From contig JBKAGP010000001.1 of NCBI GenBank assembly GCA_046290465.1, positions 576,001-640,000 on the forward strand: DNA of 64,000 nucleotides, read 5' to 3'. This DNA is from Planctomycetota bacterium (GTDB lineage: Bacteria > Planctomycetota > UBA1135 > UBA2386). The notes beneath the pieces are model-generated. The model was not told the DNA's origin and did not search any database. It was given only the letters and a program-made list of their open reading frames with translations. Shown here piece by piece: positions 28,544 through 36,803 of the stretch (positions within the stretch are counted from its first letter, which is position 1; each line of letters starts with the position of its first letter). The translations under genes and the position numbers were made by a program.

Positions 28544-29797
28544 TCATCGGGCGAGCCGACGGCGCGCCGCGGCGGCGTGCCCGGGCAGGCCCTCGAGGTC
28601 GGCGAGTCGCGCGGCGTCGCGCAACAGCGCGGCCGGGGGGCGGTCGAGCCGCAGCCAGGTGCGCACGCGCAAGAACTGGAACACCGACAGCCCGCCGGTG
28701 TAGCGCGCCGCGCCGCCGGTCGGCAGCACGTGGTTGGGGCCAGCGCCGTAGTCGCCGAGCACCTCGGCGCCGTGGGCGCCGAAGAACAGCGCGCCGTAGT
28801 GCGCGAACCGGGGTGCCAGCCGATCGCCGTCGCGGCAGGCGAGCTGCAGGTGTTCGGGCGCGAGCCGGTCGACGACGGCGAGCAATTCGTCCTCGTCGCG
28901 ACAGCAGACGCAGCCGCCACCCTGCAGCGCCTGCTTCGCGACGGCCGCCGTCGGCAGCGTCGCGAGCTGCTCGGTGAGCGCGCGTTCGACCTGATCGGGC
29001 AGCGACGACGAGGTCGTCACCAGCCACGGCCTCGCGGTCGGGTCGTGCTCGGCCTGCGCCAGCAGGTCGGCGGCGACCAGCTCGGGGTCGGCGTGGTCGT
29101 CGGCGACCACGCACAGTTCGCTCGGCCCCGCCGGCAGGTCGATGCCGACGCGGCCCTGGACCAGCTGCTTGGCCGCGGTCACGAACCGGTTGCCCGGACC
29201 GACGACGACGTCGACGCCGGGGCGCGCCTGGTCGCCGTAGGCGAGCGCCGCGATCGCCTGCGCGCCGCCGCATGCGAGCAGCGCATCGCACGAAGCGACG
29301 TGGGCTGCTGCCAGCACGATCGGGGTCGGGCGCGGCGATGCGGCGAGCACGACCGGGACGCCGGCCGCGCGCGCGGTCACCGCGGTCATCAACAGCGAGC
29401 TCGGCAGCGTCGCCAGTCCGCCCGGCGCGTAGCAGCCGGCGCGTTCGACCGGCGCCAGCTTCTGCGCGACGATGCCGCCGGGCAGCTCGCGCGAGAACTC
29501 GGAGATCGAATCGCGCTGCGCCTCGGCGAACGAACGGATCCGACCGGCGACGTCGCGCAGCATCTGCTGGTCGGTTGCCGGCAGCTGCTCGAACGCGGCC
29601 GCGAGCACGTCGGGGCCGAGCGTCAGCCGATCCTGGTGGAGTTCGTCGAACCGCTCGGCGTGGCGGCGCACGGCCGCGTCGCCGTCGCGGTCGACGTCGG
29701 CGAGGATCTGTGCGGCGGTGGCCAGCGTCGCCGGGTCGATCGCGTCGCCGGCAGCGGTGCGCACGTCGGTGGGGGCGCGACGGGGCAACACGGTCAT
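28544..29797 (-). CDS. hisD: Histidinol dehydrogenase
   Basis: YAPGG, GGAQAIAALAYG, GPGNRFV, PAGPSE, QAEHD, APEHL, GDYGAGPNHVLPT. Confidence 0.95.
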   Translation of the reverse strand: MTVLPRRAPTDVRTAAGDAIDPATLATAAQILADVDRDGDAAVRRHAERFDELHQDRLTLGPDVLAAAFEQLPATDQQMLRDVAGRIRSFAEAQRDSISEFSRELPGGIVAQKLAPVERAGCYAPGGLATLPSSLLMTAVTARAAGVPVVLAASPRPTPIVLAAAHVASCDALLACGGAQAIAALAYGDQARPGVDVVVGPGNRFVTAAKQLVQGRVGIDLPAGPSELCVVADDHADPELVAADLLAQAEHDPTARPWLVTTSSSLPDQVERALTEQLATLPTAAVAKQALQGGGCVCCRDEDELLAVVDRLAPEHLQLACRDGDRLAPRFAHYGALFFGAHGAEVLGDYGAGPNHVLPTGGAARYTGGLSVFQFLRVRTWLRLDRPPAALLRDAARLADLEGLPGHAAAARRRLAR

Positions 29798-31059
29798 CGC
29801 TTGCCCTCCTGCTTCTGCGCGCCGCCTCGGCGCGACACCCGCCGGGCTCGCAGGTCGAGTTCGCGACCGACCTCGGCCAGCGTGACGTCGGCGCGCTGCA
29901 TCGCGACGGCCGCGAAGTAGAGCAGGTCGGCCGCCTCGTGCACGACCTCTCCGCGCCCGTCGGCGTCGGCCAGTTCGCCGGCCTCCTCGATCAGCTTGGC
30001 GCGCAGCCAGTCGCGATCCTCGAGCAGCTTGTTGGTGTAGCTGCCCGGAGCCGCCGCAGCGGCGGCGCGCGCGACCCGGCCCGGCAGCGCCAGCAGGCCG
30101 TCGCGATCGCCCCAGCAGCCGTCGGTGTCGAGGTGGCAGAAGCCACGGCCCTGCTGGCGCACGACGAACCGCAGCGCGTCGCGGTCGCAGTCGAGGTCGA
30201 CGCGCAGCAGCTGCTGCGTGTTGCCCGACGTCTCGCCCTTGCGCCAGAGCCCTCGCGAGCGCGACTGGTAGATGCCGCGGCCCTCGTCGACGGCGAGCTT
30301 CAGGCTCTCGGCGCTGGACCAGCACAGGCCGAGCGCGGCGCCGACCTCGTCGGTCACGACGGTCGGCCACAGGCCGCGCTCGGGCTTCTGCAGCGACGCG
30401 ACCAGCGCGTCACCGACCGAGAACGCCTCGGTGTAGAGCGCCATGCCGACCTGCGCGTCGACGCCGAGGCGGTCGAGCGTCGCGACGTCGTCGGGGCTGG
30501 CGACGCCGCCGGCGAACACCAGCTCGCGATCGCCGGCGGCGTCCTTCAGCGCCTGCACGCGCTCGACGTCGAGGCCGAGCATGCGGCCCTCGCGCTCGAC
30601 GAACGTGACCAAGAATCCCGACACGTACGGTGCCAGTTCGCGCATGCGGTCTCGGATGCCGGCGCCGGTGCGGGTGCGCCAGCCGTCGACGACGACCTCG
30701 CCGTCGACGGCGTCAAGCGCGGCGACGACCCGTTCGCGCGGCAGCTGCGACAGCAACTCGGGGGTCGCCATCGTGCCGAGCACGATCCTGGTCGCGCCGG
30801 CGTCGAGCAGGTCGCGCGCGGTGTCGAGGTCGCGGATGCCGCCGCCGACGCGGCACGGCGCGGTGCGGCACAGTTCGCGGACCAGCGCGCGGTTGTCGCC
30901 GTCGCCGAGGGCGGCGTCGAGGTCGACGACGGCGACCTCGCCGACGCGCGCGAAGCGCTGCAGCCACGGCCGCGGATCGCCGGCGTCCAGCACCAGCTCG
31001 ACGCCCGAACGGAGCTGCACCGCGTTGCCGCGGCGCAGGTCGATGGAGGGAAGGATCAT
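29794..31059 (-). CDS. hisIE: Fusion of a HisA-like TIM barrel, phosphoribosyl-AMP cyclohydrolase (HisI) and phosphoribosyl-ATP pyrophosphatase (HisE)
   Basis: N-terminal ILPSIDL, VVDLDAA, VGGGIR, ALD, AGGV, VGMALY (HisA); SRSR.LW.KGETSGN, DCDRD, CH..C (HisI); SYT.KLL, KLIEEAGE, EAADLLY (HisE). Confidence 0.9.
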   Translation of the reverse strand: MILPSIDLRRGNAVQLRSGVELVLDAGDPRPWLQRFARVGEVAVVDLDAALGDGDNRALVRELCRTAPCRVGGGIRDLDTARDLLDAGATRIVLGTMATPELLSQLPRERVVAALDAVDGEVVVDGWRTRTGAGIRDRMRELAPYVSGFLVTFVEREGRMLGLDVERVQALKDAAGDRELVFAGGVASPDDVATLDRLGVDAQVGMALYTEAFSVGDALVASLQKPERGLWPTVVTDEVGAALGLCWSSAESLKLAVDEGRGIYQSRSRGLWRKGETSGNTQQLLRVDLDCDRDALRFVVRQQGRGFCHLDTDGCWGDRDGLLALPGRVARAAAAAAPGSYTNKLLEDRDWLRAKLIEEAGELADADGRGEVVHEAADLLYFAAVAMQRADVTLAEVGRELDLRARRVSRRGGAQKQEGKR

Positions 31060-31820
31060 GACAGGGTCTCTCGGATGGGCAGGTCGGCGGCGGCGAGCGC
31101 GCGCTTGAGTTCGGGGATGGTGGTGCGCCGGTCGTGCAGCAGCGACGCGACCAGCAGCGCGTCGGCGCCGGCGCGGGCGGCGTCCTGCAGGTGCTGGACG
31201 GTGCGCGCGCCGCCGGACGCGATCAGCGGCACGTCGGTGGCCGCGCGGGCCTGCGCGAGCAGCTCGGTGTCGTAGCCGACCCCGGTGCCGTCGCGGTCGA
31301 TGCTGGTCAGCAGCACCTCGCCGACCGAGAGCTCGGTGGCTTGTTGGATCCAGTCGACGACCGCGAGGTCGACGTCGGTGGTGCCGGCGTGCGTGCGCAC
31401 GCGGTGGCGTCCGTCGGGCTGCGGCTGGGCGTCGACGGCGAGCACGACCGCCTGGCTGCCGAACGCGTCGGCGAGCCGGCGCAGCAGGTCGGGGTCGCGC
31501 ACCGCGGCCGAGTTGACCGCGACCTTGTCGGCGCCGCGCTGCAGCAGCGCGCGCGCGTCGTCGACGCTGCGCACGCCGCCGCCGACGCACAGCGGCACGT
31601 CGACGACCTCGCGCACGTTCGCCGTCGTGTCGAGCGCGTGGCCGCGTCCGGCGGTGGTCGCGCTGACGTCGAGCAGAACGATCTCGTCGGCGCCGTCGCG
31701 CGCGTAGCGACCGGCGAGCTCGGCGGGATCGCCGCAGTCACGCAGGTTCTGGAAGCGGGTGCCCTTGACGACGCGACCCTGGTCGACGTCGAGGCACGGC
31801 ACGATGCGGACCGTCAGCAT
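31056..31820 (-). CDS. hisF: Imidazole glycerol phosphate synthase cyclase subunit
   Basis: RIVPCLDV..GRVVKG, GADE, VGGGVRS, GADKV.VNS, FGSQAVV, TSIDRDGT, IASGG. Confidence 0.95.
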   Translation of the reverse strand: MLTVRIVPCLDVDQGRVVKGTRFQNLRDCGDPAELAGRYARDGADEIVLLDVSATTAGRGHALDTTANVREVVDVPLCVGGGVRSVDDARALLQRGADKVAVNSAAVRDPDLLRRLADAFGSQAVVLAVDAQPQPDGRHRVRTHAGTTDVDLAVVDWIQQATELSVGEVLLTSIDRDGTGVGYDTELLAQARAATDVPLIASGGARTVQHLQDAARAGADALLVASLLHDRRTTIPELKRALAAADLPIRETLS

Positions 31821-32434
31821 GACGCCTCCTCGGCGCGCGCCGCGCGGCGCAGCCAGCGCTGCAGCAGGTCGTGGCCCCACGCGCCCGACAGCTCCGGGTG
31901 GAACTGGCACAGCAGCACCGGGCCGCGCTCGGCGGCCGCCACGAACGGGATGCCGTGCGTGCAGGTCGCCTGGCGCCAGCCGGCGCGTTCTTCGGCCGGC
32001 AGCGCGTAGCTGTTGGCGAAGTAGGCCTGGCCGGTGCGCACGCTGCCGTTGCCGGCGCCGGCGCGCACCGTGTTCCAGCCCATCTGCGGGCAGCGCATGC
32101 CTTTGGGGAAGCGCTGCAGGCGACCGGCCAGGGCGCCGAGGCCGGGGACGTCGGGCGCCTCGTCGCTGCCGTCACAGCACAGCTGCATGCCGAGGCAGAT
32201 GCCGAGCGTCGGGCGGCCGGCGGCGAGCCGCGCGCGCAGCGGCTCGCGCAGGCAGCCCTCGCGTAGCCGCTCGGCGGCGGCGGCGAAGTGGCCGACACCG
32301 GGCACGACCAGCAGGTCGGCGTCGACGACGTCGGCGGCGCTCGCCGCGACCAGCTCGCGGCCGAGCCGCCGGAACGCGGCGCGCACCGAGGCGTCGTTGG
32401 CGACGCCGGTCGCGATGTAGGGAACGGTACTCAC
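31814..32434 (-). CDS. hisH: Imidazole glycerol phosphate synthase glutaminase subunit
   Basis: PGVGHF, GICLGMQ, PQMGWN, YFANSY, QFHPE. Confidence 0.93.
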   Translation of the reverse strand: MSTVPYIATGVANDASVRAAFRRLGRELVAASAADVVDADLLVVPGVGHFAAAAERLREGCLREPLRARLAAGRPTLGICLGMQLCCDGSDEAPDVPGLGALAGRLQRFPKGMRCPQMGWNTVRAGAGNGSVRTGQAYFANSYALPAEERAGWRQATCTHGIPFVAAAERGPVLLCQFHPELSGAWGHDLLQRWLRRAARAEEASC

Positions 32435-32454
32435 AGCGTCTCCTTGCGGCTCAC
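32431..32454 (-). other. 7-codon mini-ORF (MSRKETL) created by a 20-bp-period duplication between hisB and hisH
   Basis: Minus strand CAAGGAGACGCTGTGAG occurs twice; its GTG overlaps the hisB TGA, and its own TGA overlaps the hisH GTG. Confidence 0.6.
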
Positions 32455-33035
32455 AGCGTCTCCTTGGTGCTCGGCAGGCGGTCCCCGCGGACCTCGACCG
32501 CCGTGCGCAGCGCCACCGCCAGCGCCTTGAAGGCGGCCTCGCTGCGGTGGTGGTCGTTGTCGCCGCGCAGCACGTCGACGTGCAGGCACAGGCGCGCGTT
32601 GCTCGCGAACGTCGCCAGCGCGTGGCCGACGTTCTCCATCGCCATGCCGCCGATCACCGGTCGTCGCCACGGCAGCTCGACCTGGGCGAACGGGCGGCCG
32701 GACAGGTCGACGACCGCGCGCACCAGCGCCTCGTCGAGGGGCGCGTAGGCGTGGCCGAAGCGGGCGATGCCGCGACGGTCGCCGAGCGCGTCGTCGACGC
32801 ACTGTCCGAGCACGATCGCGACGTCCTCGACCGTGTGGTGGTCGTCGACGTCTCGGTCGCCCTCGCAGCGGATCGTCAGGTCGATGCCACTGTGCCGGCC
32901 GAGCGCGGCCAGCAGGTGGTCGTAGAACGGCACCCCGGTGCGCACGTCGATGCTGCCGGTGCCGTCGATCGCGACGGCTACCTGCACCGAGGTCTCGGCG
33001 GTCCGGCGAGAACGTTCGGCGATGCGCGCGCTCAC
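32451..33035 (-). CDS. hisB: Imidazoleglycerol-phosphate dehydratase
   Basis: R.TAET, TGVPFYDHLL, DDHHTVED, PLDEAL, DLSGRP, G.NDHH.SEAAFKA, PSTK. Confidence 0.95.
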   Translation of the reverse strand: MSARIAERSRRTAETSVQVAVAIDGTGSIDVRTGVPFYDHLLAALGRHSGIDLTIRCEGDRDVDDHHTVEDVAIVLGQCVDDALGDRRGIARFGHAYAPLDEALVRAVVDLSGRPFAQVELPWRRPVIGGMAMENVGHALATFASNARLCLHVDVLRGDNDHHRSEAAFKALAVALRTAVEVRGDRLPSTKETL

Positions 33036-34084
33036 GGTCGACCTCCGGCGAGCAAGGCCTCGACCAGCCGCGTGAACGCGGCGTCGTCGCCGGGACAGGT
33101 GATGCGCACGGCGGTGGCCGACGGTCCGTCGGCCGGGAAGCTGCGCACGGCGATGCCGCGCCCGGCCAGCCGTCGTGCCAACGCCAGCGCCTGGTCGCGA
33201 GTCGCGGCGGTCGCGTAGACGAAGTTGGCCTGGCTCGGCAGCACCGTCAGGTCGAGCGAGGCCAGCGCCACTGCCAGCCGCTCGCGTTCGTCGCGGATCC
33301 GCGTGAGCCGCGGCTGTGGTCGGTCGGCGTCGAGCAACCGTTCGCACAGCAGCAGCGACGGCGTGCTGCACGGATACGGGCTGCCGGTGGCGCGCAGCGC
33401 AGCGACGGCGGGCTCGCTGCCGAGCGCGTAGCCGACCCGCAGGCCGGCCAGCGAACGTCCCTTCGAGAACGTGCGCACGACCAGCACGTTGGGCTCGCGC
33501 AATAGCGCGGGCGTCGGGTCCTCGTCGGCGTAGTCGACGTAGGCGAGGTCGACGACCAGCAGCGCGTCGCCGACACGCCGCGCGGTGCGCAGCAGGTCGT
33601 CGGTGGCGATCGCCAGGCCGGTCGGGTTGTTGGGTGTCGTCAGCGCCAGCACCGTCGCGCCAGCCGCGCGCCGCCACAGCTGCTCGAGGTCGAGCGCGCC
33701 GTCGGTCCACGGCATCTCGGTGAGCGTGGCACCGGCCGCCTGCACGTAGCGTGGCAGCATCGGGAAGCACGGCACCGGGGCGACCAGCGAACGGCCCGGG
33801 GCGAGCCACGCGCGGCAGATCCGGTCGAGCAGTTCGTCGGCGCCGGCACCGAGCACGACCTGGGTGCTGGCGATGCCGAAGCGGGCGGCCAGCCGTTCGC
33901 GCAGCGGACCGTCGTCGGGATAGCGACGCCACAGCTCGGCCGACGCCAGGCCCGTTGCCAGGTTGTCGACCAGCTCGGCCGCGAGTGCCGGGCCCTCGTT
34001 GCCGTCGAGCCACAGGTCGATGCCGGTCGGCGGCGCGGTGCGCGCGTACGGCGGCGGCAGCACGTTGGGGGTGGGCAGGCTCAT
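33032..34084 (-). CDS. hisC: Histidinol-phosphate aminotransferase
   Basis: LDGNE, RYPD, GADE, PNNPTG, D.AY.DY, RTFSKGRSLAGLRVGY, SQANF. Confidence 0.92.
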   Translation of the reverse strand: MSLPTPNVLPPPYARTAPPTGIDLWLDGNEGPALAAELVDNLATGLASAELWRRYPDDGPLRERLAARFGIASTQVVLGAGADELLDRICRAWLAPGRSLVAPVPCFPMLPRYVQAAGATLTEMPWTDGALDLEQLWRRAAGATVLALTTPNNPTGLAIATDDLLRTARRVGDALLVVDLAYVDYADEDPTPALLREPNVLVVRTFSKGRSLAGLRVGYALGSEPAVAALRATGSPYPCSTPSLLLCERLLDADRPQPRLTRIRDERERLAVALASLDLTVLPSQANFVYATAATRDQALALARRLAGRGIAVRSFPADGPSATAVRITCPGDDAAFTRLVEALLAGGRP

Positions 34085-34950
34085 GGCACCAGTTGGCTGA
34101 CGGGGGTCACGACGAGGTCCCGCGCGCCCTGGTCGCGCAGGCGTGGCAGCAGCGCCGGCAGCTCTTCGCGGCGCACCGCCGCGCGCACCGCGAAGCCGTC
34201 GCCGCCGTGCAGCGTCGACACCGTCGGCTGCTGCATCGCCGGCAGCACCTCGATGACCTGCTGCAGCCGGTCGGCCGGCACGTTGACGTCGAGCATCGCG
34301 CGGCTGCGGGCCGCGAGCACCGAACGCAGCAGCAGCACGAACGCGTCGATGACGTCGCGGCGCACCGGGTCGGCGTAGCTGCGCGGGTTGGCGAACAGGC
34401 GGGTGCTGCTGCGGCTCAGCTCGGCGATGATCTGCAGGCCGTTCTGCTGCAGCGTGGTGCCGGTCGCGGTGTTGTCGACGATCAGGTCGGCGTCGTCGGG
34501 CGGGAACGCCTCGGTCGCGCCGTGGCTCAGCACGATGCTGGCCTCGAGTCCTTCGCGCGCGATCCACTCGCGGGTCAGGCCGGCATACTCGGTGGCGATC
34601 CGCAGCGGCCGCTGCGGCAGCCGGCCGTCGACCAGCAGGGCGTCGGGGGCGGCGGCGACGATGCGCACCGGATCGAGTTCGAGGTCGAGCAGTTCGACCA
34701 GCTCGGCGCCGAGCTCGCCGACCCAGTCGGCGCCGGCGAAGCCGAGGTCGCGGCTGCCCTGGTCGAGCATCGTGACGACGTTCTGCGGTTTCAGCAGCTT
34801 GACGTCGAACGCGCAGTTGCGCAGGCGGGGGCGGTAGTCACGGCCGGTCTGCACCGCGGGCATGCCAGCGTCCGCCAGCAGCTGGAGGATGCCGGCGTTC
34901 ATGCGGCCCTTGGGCAGTCCGAGGCGGACCTGCGGGGAATCGATGGTCAT
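34081..34950 (-). CDS. hisG: ATP phosphoribosyltransferase, long form with C-terminal regulatory domain
   Basis: LPKGR, DLGFAG.D, IATEY, GATE, ADLIVD..ATG.TL..NGL, C-terminal LPAM..PTVS.L...GARD. Confidence 0.93.
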   Translation of the reverse strand: MTIDSPQVRLGLPKGRMNAGILQLLADAGMPAVQTGRDYRPRLRNCAFDVKLLKPQNVVTMLDQGSRDLGFAGADWVGELGAELVELLDLELDPVRIVAAAPDALLVDGRLPQRPLRIATEYAGLTREWIAREGLEASIVLSHGATEAFPPDDADLIVDNTATGTTLQQNGLQIIAELSRSSTRLFANPRSYADPVRRDVIDAFVLLLRSVLAARSRAMLDVNVPADRLQQVIEVLPAMQQPTVSTLHGGDGFAVRAAVRREELPALLPRLRDQGARDLVVTPVSQLVP

Positions 34951-35010
34951 GGTGTCGGTCGGGTTGCCGACACCGGCCGCGCCTCCGCCGTGCGGTCGAG
35001 GGGCCTGCCC

Positions 35011-35058
35011 AAAACCACAAGACGCCGGCGTGGCCGGCGTCGCGAAGGGGTCTTGCGG
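35011..35058 (-). terminator. Intrinsic terminator of the his attenuator
   Basis: Minus strand GACGCCGGC-cac-GCCGGCGTC followed by TTGTGGTTTT; upstream CCGCAAGAC can alternatively pair with GTCTTGTGG; lies between the leader stop and hisG. Confidence 0.8.
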
Positions 35059-35075
35059 GTGGGACGATCAGCTCG

Positions 35076-35156
35076 TCACGCGCATACCTTCACCACACCG
35101 GCCATCGGGTGATGGTGGTGATGATGATGGTGGTGCTGGTGACGGAAGGCGCTCAT
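35076..35156 (-). CDS. hisL: his operon leader peptide MSAFRHQHHHHHHHHHPMAGVVKVCA (26 aa)
   Basis: ATG at 35156, 10 His codons (9 consecutive), TGA at 35078-35076, immediately upstream of the terminator and hisG; missing from the ORF track. Confidence 0.9.
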   Translation of the reverse strand: MSAFRHQHHHHHHHHHPMAGVVKVCA

Positions 35157-35217
35157 CGCGGCTCGCAGGGTAGGTCCCGCCGCGCAGCTTGCAAGCCCCG
35201 CGGCGCGGATTCTCGGC

Positions 35218-36729
35218 TCAGCGCTGGTAGATCTCGGCCTCGAGCGGGCCGCCACCGACGACCATCACGGTGCCGTCCGGCAGGCCGACGGCTTGCGGGA
35301 ACAGGCGTTCGGCCGCCATCGAGCCGGTCGGCGCGATCGCGTTCGGGCTCTGCGAGAACACGTCGGCGGTGTCGGTCGCGGTGGCGACGAAGCCGCCGTT
35401 CGGCACGTCGATCGCGAGCTGGAAGCCACCGGCGATCAGCGCGCCGCCGCCCGGCAGCGGCGCCAGCGCGGCGCCGGCGCGGCCGACCTGCATGCCGTTG
35501 ACGGTCTGGAACGAACCGAAGAAGCCCGGCGTGTCGACGACGCAGTCCTCGCGCGTGCCGATGATGATGTCGGCGATGTTGCCGGTCTGCAGGAACACCG
35601 ACAGGTCGACGTTGAGGCCGCCGCACAGCAGCACGCGGCCGTTGCCGAGCGCGACCGCCGAATGCAGCAGGCGGCCGCCGGTGAACAGGCTCGGCAGACC
35701 GAAACCGCCGGACGCCGGGTTGTAGAGATAGGCCGTCGACGAGACGGTCGGGATGTTGACGATCGGCAGCACCGACAGGCCGCCGGCGACCAGCGCCTGG
35801 CCGTTGCTCAGCGTCGTCTGCGTGTGCAGCGCGCGCGCCTCGAGCATCGTCGCGCCGGTGCTGAACGTGTTGGTGCTCGGGTCGAACAGCTCGGTGGTGT
35901 TGAGGATGCTGGTGAAGATCGCCAGCGGGTCGCTCAGGTCGAACGCTTCGAGGCCGCCGGTGATCAGCACCTGGCCGTTGCCGAGCTGCGACGCGCCGTG
36001 GCCGGCGCGCGCGGTGTTCATCGTCAGGTTGGTGGTGGTGCCGGTGGCCGGATCGTAGATCGCCGCCGCCGCGGTCGGCTGGCCGCCGCTGAGGTCGAGG
36101 CCGCCGGTGAACAGCACCCGGCCGTCGGCGAGCGGCGTCGTCTGCGACAGCAGGCCGACACCGAACGTGCCGCCGGCCAGCGACCACTGCTCGAGGCGCG
36201 ACGAGTAGCTCTGCGCGGCGGGGCCGCTGCCGCCGACGAACAGCACCTCGCCGTCGTCGGCCGGCACCGCGCCGCCACCGAGGATCGGCAGCGTCGGCGC
36301 GCCGAGCGCCGCCTTGAAGGTGCCGGGCGCCTGCGGAGTGACGCGCGTCAGGTTCGACACGCGGAACGGACCGGAGCCGGCGACGGCCTGGAACGAGAAC
36401 ACGCAGTCCTCGAGCCACGGGTCGTTCGGCATCGTGATCGTCGGCGTCGCCTGGCCGCTGCCGTCGGTGAGCCCGACGAAGCCGGGCGTGTTGTAGCTGA
36501 CCCACGCGAACTGGTCGGTGATGTCGAGCTGCACGCCGAGCTGCGGCAGGAACGTCGGGAACTCGATCAGGTCGAACAGCAGCGCGTAGGGCTCGTTCGC
36601 CTGGCCCTGCAGCGGGCATGCGAGCTGGCCGCCGAGGCCGCCGCCGACCTTGTCGAGGTCGAGGTTCTGGGCGAGGGCCGGCGCGGCCGCGGCGGCGAGG
36701 AGTACGGGTGCGAGGATCGTGATGCGCAT
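35218..36729 (-). CDS. Secreted Kelch/galactose-oxidase-type beta-propeller protein
   Basis: Signal peptide ending ALA-Q; repeats R..H....L.NG.VL..GG; YDP; N-terminal ~110-aa domain ending Q....SN. Confidence 0.85.
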   Translation of the reverse strand: MRITILAPVLLAAAAAPALAQNLDLDKVGGGLGGQLACPLQGQANEPYALLFDLIEFPTFLPQLGVQLDITDQFAWVSYNTPGFVGLTDGSGQATPTITMPNDPWLEDCVFSFQAVAGSGPFRVSNLTRVTPQAPGTFKAALGAPTLPILGGGAVPADDGEVLFVGGSGPAAQSYSSRLEQWSLAGGTFGVGLLSQTTPLADGRVLFTGGLDLSGGQPTAAAAIYDPATGTTTNLTMNTARAGHGASQLGNGQVLITGGLEAFDLSDPLAIFTSILNTTELFDPSTNTFSTGATMLEARALHTQTTLSNGQALVAGGLSVLPIVNIPTVSSTAYLYNPASGGFGLPSLFTGGRLLHSAVALGNGRVLLCGGLNVDLSVFLQTGNIADIIIGTREDCVVDTPGFFGSFQTVNGMQVGRAGAALAPLPGGGALIAGGFQLAIDVPNGGFVATATDTADVFSQSPNAIAPTGSMAAERLFPQAVGLPDGTVMVVGGGPLEAEIYQR

Positions 36730-36803
36730 GGGTGCGGCGAGGTGGGCAGTCGGCGCACAAGTATGTCGCCGAATCCCGCCCCGCGCGAGCCGTCCCGGGT
36801 GCG

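Noticed and set aside
35109..35501. Plus-strand ORF starting MMVVMMMVV
   Set aside because: It is the antisense reading of the His-codon run in the leader peptide.
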